From Candidatus Parcubacteria bacterium (GTDB taxonomy: Bacteria > Patescibacteriota > Patescibacteriia > UBA1558 > GWA2-36-10), in contig JABHSK010000005.1 in NCBI GenBank assembly GCA_018669975.1, positions 1 through 55,122 of the forward strand: DNA of 55,122 bases, given 5' to 3'. This document shows, piece by piece, positions 44,722-54,277 of this stretch. Under the pieces are notes generated by a model. The model did not search any database and was not told where the DNA came from. It worked only from the letters and a program-made list of their open reading frames with translations. The translations under genes were made by a program, and so were the position numbers. Each line of letters opens with the position of its first letter. Position 1 is the stretch's first letter.

Positions 44722-45534
44722 ATGTTGATTGATTCACACTCACATTTAAATTTTGAAGCTTATAAAGACGATCTATCAGAAGTGATAGGTCGTTGCCATC
44801 AGGCTAAGATGAAAGTCATTAATGTTGGTGCAGCTTTAGATACCAGTATTAAGGCTGTAGAGATTGCTCAGCAAGAAAAAGATATGTATGCCACTATTGG
44901 CTTGCATCCGATTCATGTTTTTGATGAAGAGTTTGATGCTAAAGTTTATCAAAAAATTATTGATGAGAATCCAGAGCAGATAGTAGCCATGGGGGAGACG
45001 GGATTTGATTATTTTCATCTGTGGCAGTGTTTGGAAAAAGGCGCCGCTTCAATAGAAGAGGCTAAAGCCAAACAAACGGAAGTATTTGGTCAACATGTAG
45101 ATTTGGCTAAGAAAAATAATTTACCACTCATGGTGCATGGACGTAACGGCAAAGAAGATATTACTGCCTATCAAGATATTTATAATTTACTTAAAGAGCT
45201 TGGCTATAATAAAGGCATGGTGCATTGTTATGGTGGTAGTCTGAAAGAAGCTAAGAAGTTTGTGGAATTGGGTTTTCATATCGGTTTCACTGGAATAGCT
45301 ACATTTGACAAAACAGGGGTTTTAGAGGAAATTATAAAGTGGATACCACAGGATAAAATGATTATTGAAACAGACGCTCCCTATTTGACACCAGTGCCAC
45401 ACCGAGGTAAGCGCAATGAACCTGTTTTTGTAAAAAATGTAGCTGATAAGATTGCCCAAATCAAAAGTCTATCAGTTGAAGAGGTGATTGAAATTACAGG
45501 TAATAATTCTATTAATTTGTTTAATTTAAAATAA
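44722..45534 (+). CDS. tatD: TatD family metal-dependent hydrolase/DNase
   Basis: Motifs are LIDSHSHL, GETGFDY, MVHGRN, HCYGG and ETDAPYLTP. Confidence 0.9.
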   Translation: MLIDSHSHLNFEAYKDDLSEVIGRCHQAKMKVINVGAALDTSIKAVEIAQQEKDMYATIGLHPIHVFDEEFDAKVYQKIIDENPEQIVAMGETGFDYFHLWQCLEKGAASIEEAKAKQTEVFGQHVDLAKKNNLPLMVHGRNGKEDITAYQDIYNLLKELGYNKGMVHCYGGSLKEAKKFVELGFHIGFTGIATFDKTGVLEEIIKWIPQDKMIIETDAPYLTPVPHRGKRNEPVFVKNVADKIAQIKSLSVEEVIEITGNNSINLFNLK

Positions 45535-45549
45535 TTAGCCATAGATAAT

Positions 45550-46029
45550 ATGGAAGACAAGCAGATTATTGAAAAATGTATAGAGTTAGCTAAACAGGGT
45601 CTAGTCCAGGGGCAAGCACCTTTTTCTAGTATCATCACTAAAGACAATAAGATTGTAGCTGAATCAACTAATGGCTCAAAAGATAGAACATCTGATCATG
45701 CTGAAATTCTTGTGCTTGATAAAGCTCATCAAATTTTAAAAAGTGCTGACTTGTCTGATTGCACCTTATATACAATTTGTGAGCCATGTCCCATGTGTTC
45801 GTTTATGATACGTGAATATAGAATAAAAAAAGTAGTTATTGCTCTTAGTTCACCATTTATGGGGGGTTATTCCAAGTGGCCTATTTTACAGGATGATGAG
45901 ATTACACAATTTAAAGATTATTTTGCCCCACCACCAGAAGTAGTAACCGGTATTTTAGAGGCCGAAGCAAAAAAAGTTTTTGATCAAACTCCCTTATGGA
46001 TGTTTGGCAGCGAAGTTAAAAAGAAATAA
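45550..46029 (+). CDS. CDA-superfamily nucleoside/nucleotide or tRNA deaminase
   Basis: The zinc motifs are HAE and CEPCPMC. At 159 aa, the substrate cannot be assigned from sequence alone. Confidence 0.8.
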   Translation: MEDKQIIEKCIELAKQGLVQGQAPFSSIITKDNKIVAESTNGSKDRTSDHAEILVLDKAHQILKSADLSDCTLYTICEPCPMCSFMIREYRIKKVVIALSSPFMGGYSKWPILQDDEITQFKDYFAPPPEVVTGILEAEAKKVFDQTPLWMFGSEVKKK

Positions 46030-46032
46030 AAT

Positions 46033-46764
46033 ATGCAATTTAAAAAATTTCAAGACAAACTAATTCCAAATGACATCGAATTACTTGTACCAGACAATTC
46101 ACCAAGTAATATTTTAATTTATATTCCTTGGCATGAAAAATATTTAGAGTATGTACAGCCAGAATTTAAAGATTTTTTTCTAAAGGCTTTGCCTAAGCTA
46201 CATGCGCGAACTACTGATGTACACACAGCTATTTCTTTATCCTATTTAGACAAGATTATTGATTTGCATCAAGACAAGGCAAATCGTCAGGTGGTAGCCC
46301 TGGGATTGATATTACATGACATTGGTTGGGCTAGCTTATCTGAGCAGGAGATAATTGATAGCTTGTCTGATTATAAGGGTTTGGTGTTGAGTGAAACTAC
46401 AAAGGGGCCAAAAGAGCGACATGCTATCGAGGGTGTTAAAGTTTCAGGGAAGCTATTAAATGACTTTGATTTTGAACCGCCACTTAGCGCAGAAGACAAG
46501 CAAGAAATTTTAGATGCAGTTAAATATCATGATGAGCCAGAGCAGGGAACTGTCAACGCTCAACTAGTGGCTGATTTGGATCGATTGTGGTCATTTACTC
46601 ATGAGAATTTTTGGCAGGACACCATTCGTAAAGATGTGACACCAGAACAATATTTAGCAAATTTAACTAAAGATAGTGAAACTTATTTTTCTACTAAAGC
46701 GGGTCTTATTATTGCTAAAGAATTATTGCAAGATAGAGCCAAGGAAGTAGAGCAGAGTAAATAA
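46033..46764 (+). CDS. HD-domain phosphohydrolase
   Basis: H...HD (LILHDIGW) with downstream His/Asp residues (KYHDE, ADLDR). Confidence 0.7.
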   Translation: MQFKKFQDKLIPNDIELLVPDNSPSNILIYIPWHEKYLEYVQPEFKDFFLKALPKLHARTTDVHTAISLSYLDKIIDLHQDKANRQVVALGLILHDIGWASLSEQEIIDSLSDYKGLVLSETTKGPKERHAIEGVKVSGKLLNDFDFEPPLSAEDKQEILDAVKYHDEPEQGTVNAQLVADLDRLWSFTHENFWQDTIRKDVTPEQYLANLTKDSETYFSTKAGLIIAKELLQDRAKEVEQSK

Positions 46765-46769
46765 AATAC

Positions 46770-47510
46770 ATGGAAACCTTTAAAGCAAATTATACTAAGA
46801 TTGAAAAACCTGAGAATACAAGTTCAGAGGATTTTAAGGTCCAAGAAATTATCGAAGAATTAAGAGACCCCCTGAGCAAGATCATCGAACAGGTCTTGGA
46901 AAAAATAAAACAGGGTAAATATGGCCTGATCATTGGCGATGATGCTAGTGGGCGTATTCCGACCATTATCCTTTCCAGATTTATGAATAAAGTCAGTAAT
47001 CATCTCAACACAGCCAAGCCCAAGGTAGGGTTTTTTACGGGCTCTTCTGGTTTGACTTCAAAGCAGATAGAATCAAAAAAAGAGGCAATCAAAGAAAGTG
47101 TCGATAAAAGTGACGTAGATTTAGGGGATGATAATGAAGTCTTGGTTGTCACAGATACTGTGGCTACGGGGGCTAGTGTTGCACCAATTTTTCAAGCCTT
47201 AAAAGAAATGGGGGTTAATACAGAAGTTGCAACAATTGGTATTGATAATGGCAGTGGAGTGTTTGCGGATACTCCTTTGAAGCAAAAAGCTAATGTAGAA
47301 CGGATATTGGGAGTAAAAATATATCATGGTCAAGAGGGAACGCCAGATGTGTTTTATAAAGACAAAGGTAAACTATCGGGAGTTGAGAAAAACCCTGAAG
47401 ATTTGCACGCGCATGTTTATAAGCCAGAGCCAGAGATGGTTATTGCTGCTAGAAAATATGCAGAAGAATTAGCTGATGAATTATTTGCAGAATTTAAAGA
47501 TAGGTTATAA
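46770..47510 (+). CDS. phosphoribosyltransferase-fold protein
   Basis: The PRPP-binding-type motif is VLVVTDTVATGAS, preceded by GLIIGDDASGRIP. The substrate is unknown. Confidence 0.65.
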   Translation: METFKANYTKIEKPENTSSEDFKVQEIIEELRDPLSKIIEQVLEKIKQGKYGLIIGDDASGRIPTIILSRFMNKVSNHLNTAKPKVGFFTGSSGLTSKQIESKKEAIKESVDKSDVDLGDDNEVLVVTDTVATGASVAPIFQALKEMGVNTEVATIGIDNGSGVFADTPLKQKANVERILGVKIYHGQEGTPDVFYKDKGKLSGVEKNPEDLHAHVYKPEPEMVIAARKYAEELADELFAEFKDRL

Positions 47511-47520
47511 TATAAAATAT

Positions 47521-48564
47521 ATGGAATATCTAAATACAATTTTAATCGTAGTAGCTTTTGCAGTTGTGATTTGGCTTTTATTAAAAAAGAAAGAGCCAGA
47601 AGAAAAAAAGGAAGACAAGGCCATGTTGATGTTGCAGCAGCAGATAAATAATCTGACCAAACAACTGGGAGAGAAGATTGATAAAACCAATCAGCACTCT
47701 TCTAAAATGTTGCAGGATCAATTTATAGAAACTTCTCGTATTTCTAAAGATGTGACTGAAAAACTTCTTAAATTAGAAGAAACTAATAAACAGGTGGTTG
47801 GTTTTACTGATCAGTTGCAAAATTTGGAAAAAGTTTTAACCAACGCTAAAACTAGAGGTAATCTAGGTGAAGCAAGTTTGGAGATGATTCTTTCTAATAT
47901 TTTACCACCACAGTCATATGAAATGCAGTATCATTTCAAAAATGGTGAAGCGGTGGATGCGGTTGTAAAAATTAAAGATAAGGTGTTGCCAGTCGACGCT
48001 AAATTTTCTTTAGAAAATTATAGAAGGATTATTGATGAAAAAGATAAAGCCAAAAAACTAGCTTTAGAAAAAGAATTTAAAAATGACTTAAAGAAAAGAA
48101 TAGACGAAACTTCAAAATATATTCGTCCAAATGAAAGTACTTTAGATTTTGCTTTTATGTTTATCCCAGCAGAAGGTATCTACTATGATTTGTTAATCAA
48201 TGAAGTAGGCGCAGTCAAAGTAAATACTCGTAGCTTGATTGATTATGCTTTTAATGAAAAGAAAGTAATTATTGTTTCACCAACTACCTTTGCTGCTTAT
48301 TTGCAAACAGTCTTGCAGGGTCTCAAAGCCCTGCAGATAGAGGAATCAGCTAAGGAGATTCGTAAGAATGTGGAAAAATTACAAAAACACATGTTGGCCT
48401 ATGCTGAATATCAGAAAAAACTAGGTAATCAGCTATCTACAGTAACAAATACTTATAATTTTTCTAATAAAGAATTCAAGAAAATAGATAAAGATATTTT
48501 GAAAATTAGTGGCAAAGGTGGAGATTTAGAACTAGAGGATATAGAAAAACCAAGATTAGAATAA
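47521..48564 (+). CDS. rmuC: DNA recombination protein RmuC
   Basis: It has an N-terminal TM segment, a coiled coil and RmuC core motifs (RGNLGE, VDAKFSL, FMFIPAEGIYY). The ATG at 47521 is preferred over the overlapping start at 47476. Confidence 0.85.
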   Translation: MEYLNTILIVVAFAVVIWLLLKKKEPEEKKEDKAMLMLQQQINNLTKQLGEKIDKTNQHSSKMLQDQFIETSRISKDVTEKLLKLEETNKQVVGFTDQLQNLEKVLTNAKTRGNLGEASLEMILSNILPPQSYEMQYHFKNGEAVDAVVKIKDKVLPVDAKFSLENYRRIIDEKDKAKKLALEKEFKNDLKKRIDETSKYIRPNESTLDFAFMFIPAEGIYYDLLINEVGAVKVNTRSLIDYAFNEKKVIIVSPTTFAAYLQTVLQGLKALQIEESAKEIRKNVEKLQKHMLAYAEYQKKLGNQLSTVTNTYNFSNKEFKKIDKDILKISGKGGDLELEDIEKPRLE

Positions 48565-48576
48565 TATATTTTAGTG

Positions 48577-48613
48577 CCGCGACCCTTCGACTATGCTCAG
48601 GGTCGCGGTTTTT
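48577..48613 (+). terminator. rho-independent terminator after rmuC
   Basis: A perfect 10-bp stem CCGCGACCCT / AGGGTCGCGG followed by TTTTT. Confidence 0.85.
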
Positions 48614-48622
48614 ATTTAAAAT

Positions 48623-48650
48623 AAAAAACCCCGCGATAAGATCACGGGGC
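48623..48650 (-). terminator. rho-independent terminator after the minus-strand orphan ORF
   Basis: A CCCCGCGA...TCACGGGG hairpin. The A-run on the plus strand is a U-run on the minus strand. Confidence 0.7.
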
Positions 48651-48656
48651 CTGAGT

Positions 48657-49040
48657 CTACTGTGGACGCACGTTCCAAAAGTCAACGCTCATTGTCAGTT
48701 TGCCGCGGTCGGTGATTTCGAGAACTGTGATGGTCAGCATCCGGGCACTTTGCATTTCCTGGTTGTTGTGGTATCGGATCGTGTACGAGCCGCCTTCATA
48801 GATAGTGACAGCAAAGTTGTCGCTGCCGTAGACATCGATCATGAAGGTTACTTCCATGTCCCCATATCCGACATAGCGGATGGAATTTACCTCAGGAGTA
48901 GAGGCTTCTTCGACGGTGATGTAGTCGTTGGGATGGGAAGTCTTTTCGAACTTTTGGCTGACGACTTGATCTTGGCCGCTGGCCATGACGGGAATAGCTA
49001 GCAAAATAGCCAACAAAGCAATTGGTATAAGAGAACGCAT
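48657..49040 (-). CDS. secreted hypothetical protein, compositional outlier
   Basis: The signal peptide is MRSLIPIALLAILLAIPVMASG. A 90-nt sample gave 54% GC. AAAGGTAGAG lies upstream of the ATG, and the gene has its own terminator. Confidence 0.65.
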   Translation of the reverse strand: MRSLIPIALLAILLAIPVMASGQDQVVSQKFEKTSHPNDYITVEEASTPEVNSIRYVGYGDMEVTFMIDVYGSDNFAVTIYEGGSYTIRYHNNQEMQSARMLTITVLEITDRGKLTMSVDFWNVRPQ

Positions 49041-49214
49041 TTTTCTCTACCTTTCATGAGTATGGAATGTAATTTACCTATTTTTAAGCATTTTTCAGTT
49101 AAAGCCTCCTTTGTAAAGAGCGATTTTTGTAGGTTTTTGACCTACTATGAATTATTATCTAATATAGTTGATTTTTCGGTATTATGTCAATTCTATTAAA
49201 AACCAAAAAAACTA

Positions 49215-49243
49215 TTGACTTTTCAGCAATTAAGGTATACAAT
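49215..49243 (+). promoter_or_regulatory. sigma70-like promoter of the atp operon
   Basis: TTGACT, 17 nt, TACAAT. It lies 36 nt upstream of the ATG at 49280. Confidence 0.6.
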
Positions 49244-49279
49244 ATAGCCGCTTTTTGTTGGTTAAAATTATCCAAGCAT

Positions 49280-49582
49280 ATGTCAGAAGACCCAAAGAAC
49301 AAGCAAACAAAAGATAACGAATGGCTACGCCGTGGATTAATGATGTTTGCTGAAAGTTCTGGCTGGATAGCTATTCCAGTTGTTGGTGGTTTATTTTTAG
49401 GACGTTGGTTGGATGAAAAGCAGGGCACAGACCCACTATACTTCCTAAGTATTACAGGTTTAGCCTTTATTATTTCATGTATCGGCATTGGTATTACTGG
49501 TGTTAAATATATGAAGCAAATTGACGAAGAGTATCAGAGTAAAAAAAAAATAAGTAACGAAAGTCAAAAAGAAGGTAAATAA
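49280..49582 (+). CDS. AtpZ/AtpI-family small membrane protein of the ATP synthase operon
   Basis: It has two TM helices with the pattern AIPVVGGLFLGRWLDEKQGTDPLYF. It is the first gene of the operon. The ATG at 49280 is preferred because the promoter lies inside the track's longer ORF. Confidence 0.7.
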   Translation: MSEDPKNKQTKDNEWLRRGLMMFAESSGWIAIPVVGGLFLGRWLDEKQGTDPLYFLSITGLAFIISCIGIGITGVKYMKQIDEEYQSKKKISNESQKEGK

Positions 49583-49583
49583 A

Positions 49584-50492
49584 ATGAACGCAGATTCAAT
49601 AGAACATAATGATAAAAGTACTGAAGAATCCGCTCATCATGACGATGAGATGGGTGAATCGGTGCAAGAACATATAGAGGGCGATGCTCATACTGAGCAA
49701 GAAGTTCATGGCGAAGAACACCACGAACACACATTGTATGCTGAAACATTATTTAATGTTGGCAGTTTTAATGTGACCAATTCACTGCTTACATCTTGGC
49801 TAGCAGTTTTTTTAATTATCATTTTGTCTTTAGTGATTAGAGCTAAGAATAGTCGTTTACCATCAGCTTTTCAGAGCTTCATAGAAACTATTATAGAAGG
49901 TGCGCTTAATATGATGGATTTAGTGACCGATGACAGGGACAAGAGTAAAAAAGTTTTCCCAATTGTATTTTCTATTTTTATTTTCGTATTGGTAAATAAT
50001 TGGTTAGGACTTTTACCAGGGCTAGGTTCAATTACTTATAATGGTACAGCACTATTACGTGGTGGTACTGCAGATCTAAATACCTCTCTGGCTCTAGGAT
50101 TATTTTCTGTGATTTCTGCTAACATTTTTGGAATTATTGTGGTTGGTGGTTGGAAATATTTTAATAAGTTTGTAAACATTAAAGCTCTTTTAGAAATTCC
50201 AGGTAAGATCAAAAAAGATCCGACTATTGTTTTAGTCAATCCGATAAACTTTTTTGTCGGTTTGATTGAGATAATATCTGAATTTGCTAAAGTAGCCTCA
50301 CTTTCATTTAGGTTATTCGGAAATGTATTTGCTGGAGAGGTGTTAATCGCTTCTATTTCAGCTATGATGGCCTATGGTGTACCGCTACCTTTTATGTTTT
50401 TAGAAATCATAGTTGGTATTATTCAGGCATTGATTTTCTCTATCCTGACCTTAGTGTATTACACTATCGCCTCCACAGAACACGAGCACTAG
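49584..50492 (+). CDS. atpB: F0 ATP synthase subunit a, with a ~50-aa His/acidic N-terminal extension
   Basis: The conserved region is SLSFRLFGNVFAGEVL, which contains the essential Arg. The protein is multi-TM. Confidence 0.92.
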   Translation: MNADSIEHNDKSTEESAHHDDEMGESVQEHIEGDAHTEQEVHGEEHHEHTLYAETLFNVGSFNVTNSLLTSWLAVFLIIILSLVIRAKNSRLPSAFQSFIETIIEGALNMMDLVTDDRDKSKKVFPIVFSIFIFVLVNNWLGLLPGLGSITYNGTALLRGGTADLNTSLALGLFSVISANIFGIIVVGGWKYFNKFVNIKALLEIPGKIKKDPTIVLVNPINFFVGLIEIISEFAKVASLSFRLFGNVFAGEVLIASISAMMAYGVPLPFMFLEIIVGIIQALIFSILTLVYYTIASTEHEH

Positions 50493-50562
50493 TTTATTTA
50501 TAAATAATTAATTATAGATAATTAAAGCGACGTAAAACAAATAATAATAAGATCGACTTTAA

Positions 50563-50796
<234 letters not shown>

Positions 50797-50866
50797 AAAC
50801 AATATAAATTGTTTTAAGGATCCTAAACCTTGGTTTAGGCTCCGATTAAGCAATTAAATAATAAAT

Positions 50867-51361
50867 ATGGAAATTTTAGAATTATTTGGTGTAGATTGGA
50901 AATTAATGCTAGCTCAGTTAATAAACTTTGCAGTTGTTATTTTTGTATTATGGAGATTTGCTATCAAACCCTTGATGCAAACCATGGAAAAACGTAATGA
51001 TGAAATTGAACAAGGTTTATCTGACGCTAAAGCTGCTGCTGACCGCTTAGATGAGGTTGAGGCTGAAATTAAAGCTAAATTACAGGAAAATAAGACAGAG
51101 GCTATTGCTATCTTAGATAAAGCTAAGAAACAATCAGAAGAAAGTAGACATGCTAATCTGGAAAAAACTAAGCAGGAAGTAGAGACTGTTATCAGAAAAG
51201 CTAAGGAGCAAATTGCCAACGAAAAAGATTCTATGGTTACCGAAGTTAAAAAAGAGGTAGCTGATATGGTAGTGGTTGCTTTACGCAAGATTTTATCAGA
51301 AGATATTGCTAAAGACATTGATAAGAAATATATTGAAAAAGTTTTGAGTGAACAAAAATAA
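50867..51361 (+). CDS. atpF: F0 ATP synthase subunit b
   Basis: One N-terminal TM segment followed by a long charged helix. Its position in the operon fits. Confidence 0.88.
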   Translation: MEILELFGVDWKLMLAQLINFAVVIFVLWRFAIKPLMQTMEKRNDEIEQGLSDAKAAADRLDEVEAEIKAKLQENKTEAIAILDKAKKQSEESRHANLEKTKQEVETVIRKAKEQIANEKDSMVTEVKKEVADMVVVALRKILSEDIAKDIDKKYIEKVLSEQK

Positions 51362-51765
51362 TGAAAAATAAGAAGCAAGCAAAAATTTTAGCAAGTGGAG
51401 TCTACCAAGCTATCAAAAATAAGCAAAAAAAAGAAGTTGATAGTGTGGTCGATAATTTTGTTGTTTACTTAAAAGAAAAACGTTTAATGGCTACTCTACC
51501 AGGAGTCATTGAAGAGTTGGAAGCTTTGTATTTTGAAGAGCAGGGTATCATCAAGGCTCAGATTAGCGCCAAGACTGATTTACCAGCTAAAAATATTGAA
51601 GCTATAGAGGAAATTTTAAATAAAAAGACTGGTCAAAAAATCATTACGGAGCAAGTTAAGGATGATGAAGTTTTGGGCGGAGTAGTAGTTAAATATAATG
51701 ACAAAATTATAGACATGTCTTTAAAGAGGCAACTCAATAATTTAGCCAAACAATTATCAAATTAA
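51361..51765 (+). CDS. atpH: F1 ATP synthase subunit delta (short, 134 aa)
   Basis: The C-terminal motif VLGGVVVKYNDKIIDMSLKRQL fits subunit delta, and so does the position between atpF and atpA. The N-terminal domain looks shortened compared with the usual size of about 180 aa. Confidence 0.8.
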   Translation: MKNKKQAKILASGVYQAIKNKQKKEVDSVVDNFVVYLKEKRLMATLPGVIEELEALYFEEQGIIKAQISAKTDLPAKNIEAIEEILNKKTGQKIITEQVKDDEVLGGVVVKYNDKIIDMSLKRQLNNLAKQLSN

Positions 51766-51777
51766 TAAATCAATAAT

Positions 51778-53316
51778 ATGTCTTACGATTATTTAGTAAA
51801 AAGTTTACAAAATCAACTGGAGAACTGGCAGGCTGAAACTACCGAAGAAACAGTCGGTGAAGTTATCGAAGTCGGTGATGGTATTGCCAAGATTTCAGGT
51901 CTATCTGATGTCATGTCTTCAGAGATGTTGGAATTTGAGACATCAGACGGTGAAAAGATTTACGGTGTAGTTTTAAACCTGGAAGAGTTTTCAGTCGGTG
52001 CAATTATCCTGGGTGAATATACTAGTCTAAAAGAGGGTGATAAGGTTCGTCGTACCGAGAGAATTTTGGAAGTGCCTGTTGGTGAATCTGTGATTGGTCG
52101 AGTGGTTAATCCACTAGGTCAAGCTTTAGACGGTAAAGGTGAAATTCAGTCAAAAGAATTTTATCCAGTAGAAAAAATTGCTCCCGGTGTTATTGCTCGT
52201 CAATCAGTTGGTGAACCACTTCAAACTGGTATTAAGGTGATTGATTCTATTATTCCTATTGGTAAGGGACAACGTGAGTTAATTATTGGTGATCGTCAAA
52301 CTGGTAAAACAGCCTTAGCTATTGACGCTATTATAAATCAAGCGGGTAAAGATGTTATTTGTATATATGTAGCTATCGGGCAAAAAGAATCAAAGATAGC
52401 TAGGATCGTAGCTAAGCTAGAAGAAACCGGAGCCATGGATTATACAACTGTAGTTTTGGCTGGAGCTTCTGAATCAGCTTCATTGTCATATATTGCTCCT
52501 TACGCTGGTGTAGCTATGGGAGAGTATTTCATGGATAAAGGAAAAGATGTATTAGTAATATATGATGATTTATCAAAACATGCTGTAGCTTATCGTCAGA
52601 TTTCTTTGCTACTTAAGAGACCTCCTGGACGTGAAGCTTATCCTGGTGATGTTTTCTATCTACATTCAAGATTATTAGAACGTGCCGCTAAGATGAGTGA
52701 TGATATGGGTGGCGGATCTTTGACAGCCTTGCCTATTATTGAAACTCAAGCAGGTGATATCTCAGCCTATATTCCAACTAATGTTATTTCTATTACTGAT
52801 GGTCAAATTTTCTTGGAAACAGATTTATTTTATAAAGGCATTAGACCAGCTTTAAACGCAGGTTTGTCAGTATCCCGTGTTGGTTCTGCTGCTCAAATTA
52901 AGGCTATGAAAAAAGTGGCTGGTAAGTTGAAATTAGACTTAGCTCAATTTAGAGAGTTAGAGGCCTTTGCTCAATTTGGTTCTGATTTAGACGATGCTAC
53001 TAAACAGCAATTGAATAGGGGTGCTAGAGTAACTGAGATTTTAAAGCAAGGTCAGTTTGCACCAGTATTACAGTCAAAGCAGGTGGCCATCATCTATGCT
53101 GTTTCTAATGGTCATTTAGATGAGGTGCCAGTAGAAAACTTGGCTGCTTTTGAAGAAAGACTATTTAGCCAATTAGACGCCGAAGCCAAAGATCTTTTGG
53201 ATGATATCGAAAAGACAGGCGAGCTATCTGAGGTCAATGAAGAAAGATTAAAGAAGATTATCGATAGTTTAGTTGAGTTAGAAGAAAAATCAGACGAAGG
53301 AAAGAAAGATAAATAA
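51778..53316 (+). CDS. atpA: F1 ATP synthase subunit alpha
   Basis: Walker A is GDRQTGKT. Other motifs are YDDLSKHA and [20 protein letters not shown]. Confidence 0.97.
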   Translation: MSYDYLVKSLQNQLENWQAETTEETVGEVIEVGDGIAKISGLSDVMSSEMLEFETSDGEKIYGVVLNLEEFSVGAIILGEYTSLKEGDKVRRTERILEVPVGESVIGRVVNPLGQALDGKGEIQSKEFYPVEKIAPGVIARQSVGEPLQTGIKVIDSIIPIGKGQRELIIGDRQTGKTALAIDAIINQAGKDVICIYVAIGQKESKIARIVAKLEETGAMDYTTVVLAGASESASLSYIAPYAGVAMGEYFMDKGKDVLVIYDDLSKHAVAYRQISLLLKRPPGREAYPGDVFYLHSRLLERAAKMSDDMGGGSLTALPIIETQAGDISAYIPTNVISITDGQIFLETDLFYKGIRPALNAGLSVSRVGSAAQIKAMKKVAGKLKLDLAQFRELEAFAQFGSDLDDATKQQLNRGARVTEILKQGQFAPVLQSKQVAIIYAVSNGHLDEVPVENLAAFEERLFSQLDAEAKDLLDDIEKTGELSEVNEERLKKIIDSLVELEEKSDEGKKDK

Positions 53317-53341
53317 TATTTTGTAAAAGTCGTACAAATAT

Positions 53342-54259
53342 ATGCCACAGGCAACTAGAGACATACAACGTAGAATAAAGTCGGTTAAGAACACCAAAAA
53401 GATTACCAAGGCTATGGAATTGGTAGCTGCTTCTAAGATGCGCAAAGCAGTATCTAAAGTATTGGCTACTCGTAGTTATTCCGACCTTACTTGGGAGACT
53501 ATTTTGCATTTGGTTAAAAAAATTGATACTAGCCAACATCGTTTTTTTCAAGAGAGTAAAGAAGTGAAAAACGTAGCTGTTATTTTGGTTAGCACCAATA
53601 GAGGTTTGTGTGGTAGTTTTAATGCGCAGTTAGTTAAAAAAGTAGTTGATTCTATCAAGCTTCATCATCCAGATAGTAGGGTGACCGATATTATTACTTT
53701 TGGTAGCAAGGGTCGTGATGAGTCTCGTAGAAAAAAACTTAACTTAATCGCTGATTTTGATAAAGAGGATATTACGCTGAGTTCAGAAATTATTCGTCCT
53801 ATTTCTCATATGGCAATCAAAGATTTTGTAGCCAAGAAATATGACAAGGTTTTTATAGCTTACACAGACTTCATGTCAGCCCTCAAACAAGTTCCGCACG
53901 TAAAACAATTATTGCCGATTGTACCAAGTATTGATGAGCGCCTAGGTCATATAGTTCATGAAAAAGATGAAGATGTAGACAAAATAAACGTTGATAATTT
54001 TTCAGATTTTCTATTTGAACCAGATACTAAAAAAGTATTAGATGCTTTTTTACCTCGTTTGGTAGAAATACAGATTTATCAAGCTGTATTAGAAAGTGAA
54101 GCCTCTGAGCATTCAGCTCGTATGTTTGCCATGAGAAATGCTTCTGATGCTGCTTCTGAGATGATTGATGAATTAACATTAGTATATAACCAAGCTAGAC
54201 AGGCTGGTATCACAGCTGAGATTGCTGAGATTGCCGCTGGCTCTGCTGCTTTGGAATAA
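53342..54259 (+). CDS. atpG: F1 ATP synthase subunit gamma
   Basis: The N-terminal helix is IQRRIKSVKNTKKITKAMELVAASKMRKA. The C-terminal helix is LTLVYNQARQAGITAEIAEI. Confidence 0.93.
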   Translation: MPQATRDIQRRIKSVKNTKKITKAMELVAASKMRKAVSKVLATRSYSDLTWETILHLVKKIDTSQHRFFQESKEVKNVAVILVSTNRGLCGSFNAQLVKKVVDSIKLHHPDSRVTDIITFGSKGRDESRRKKLNLIADFDKEDITLSSEIIRPISHMAIKDFVAKKYDKVFIAYTDFMSALKQVPHVKQLLPIVPSIDERLGHIVHEKDEDVDKINVDNFSDFLFEPDTKKVLDAFLPRLVEIQIYQAVLESEASEHSARMFAMRNASDAASEMIDELTLVYNQARQAGITAEIAEIAAGSAALE

Positions 54260-54277
54260 TCATAAAATTTAAATTAA

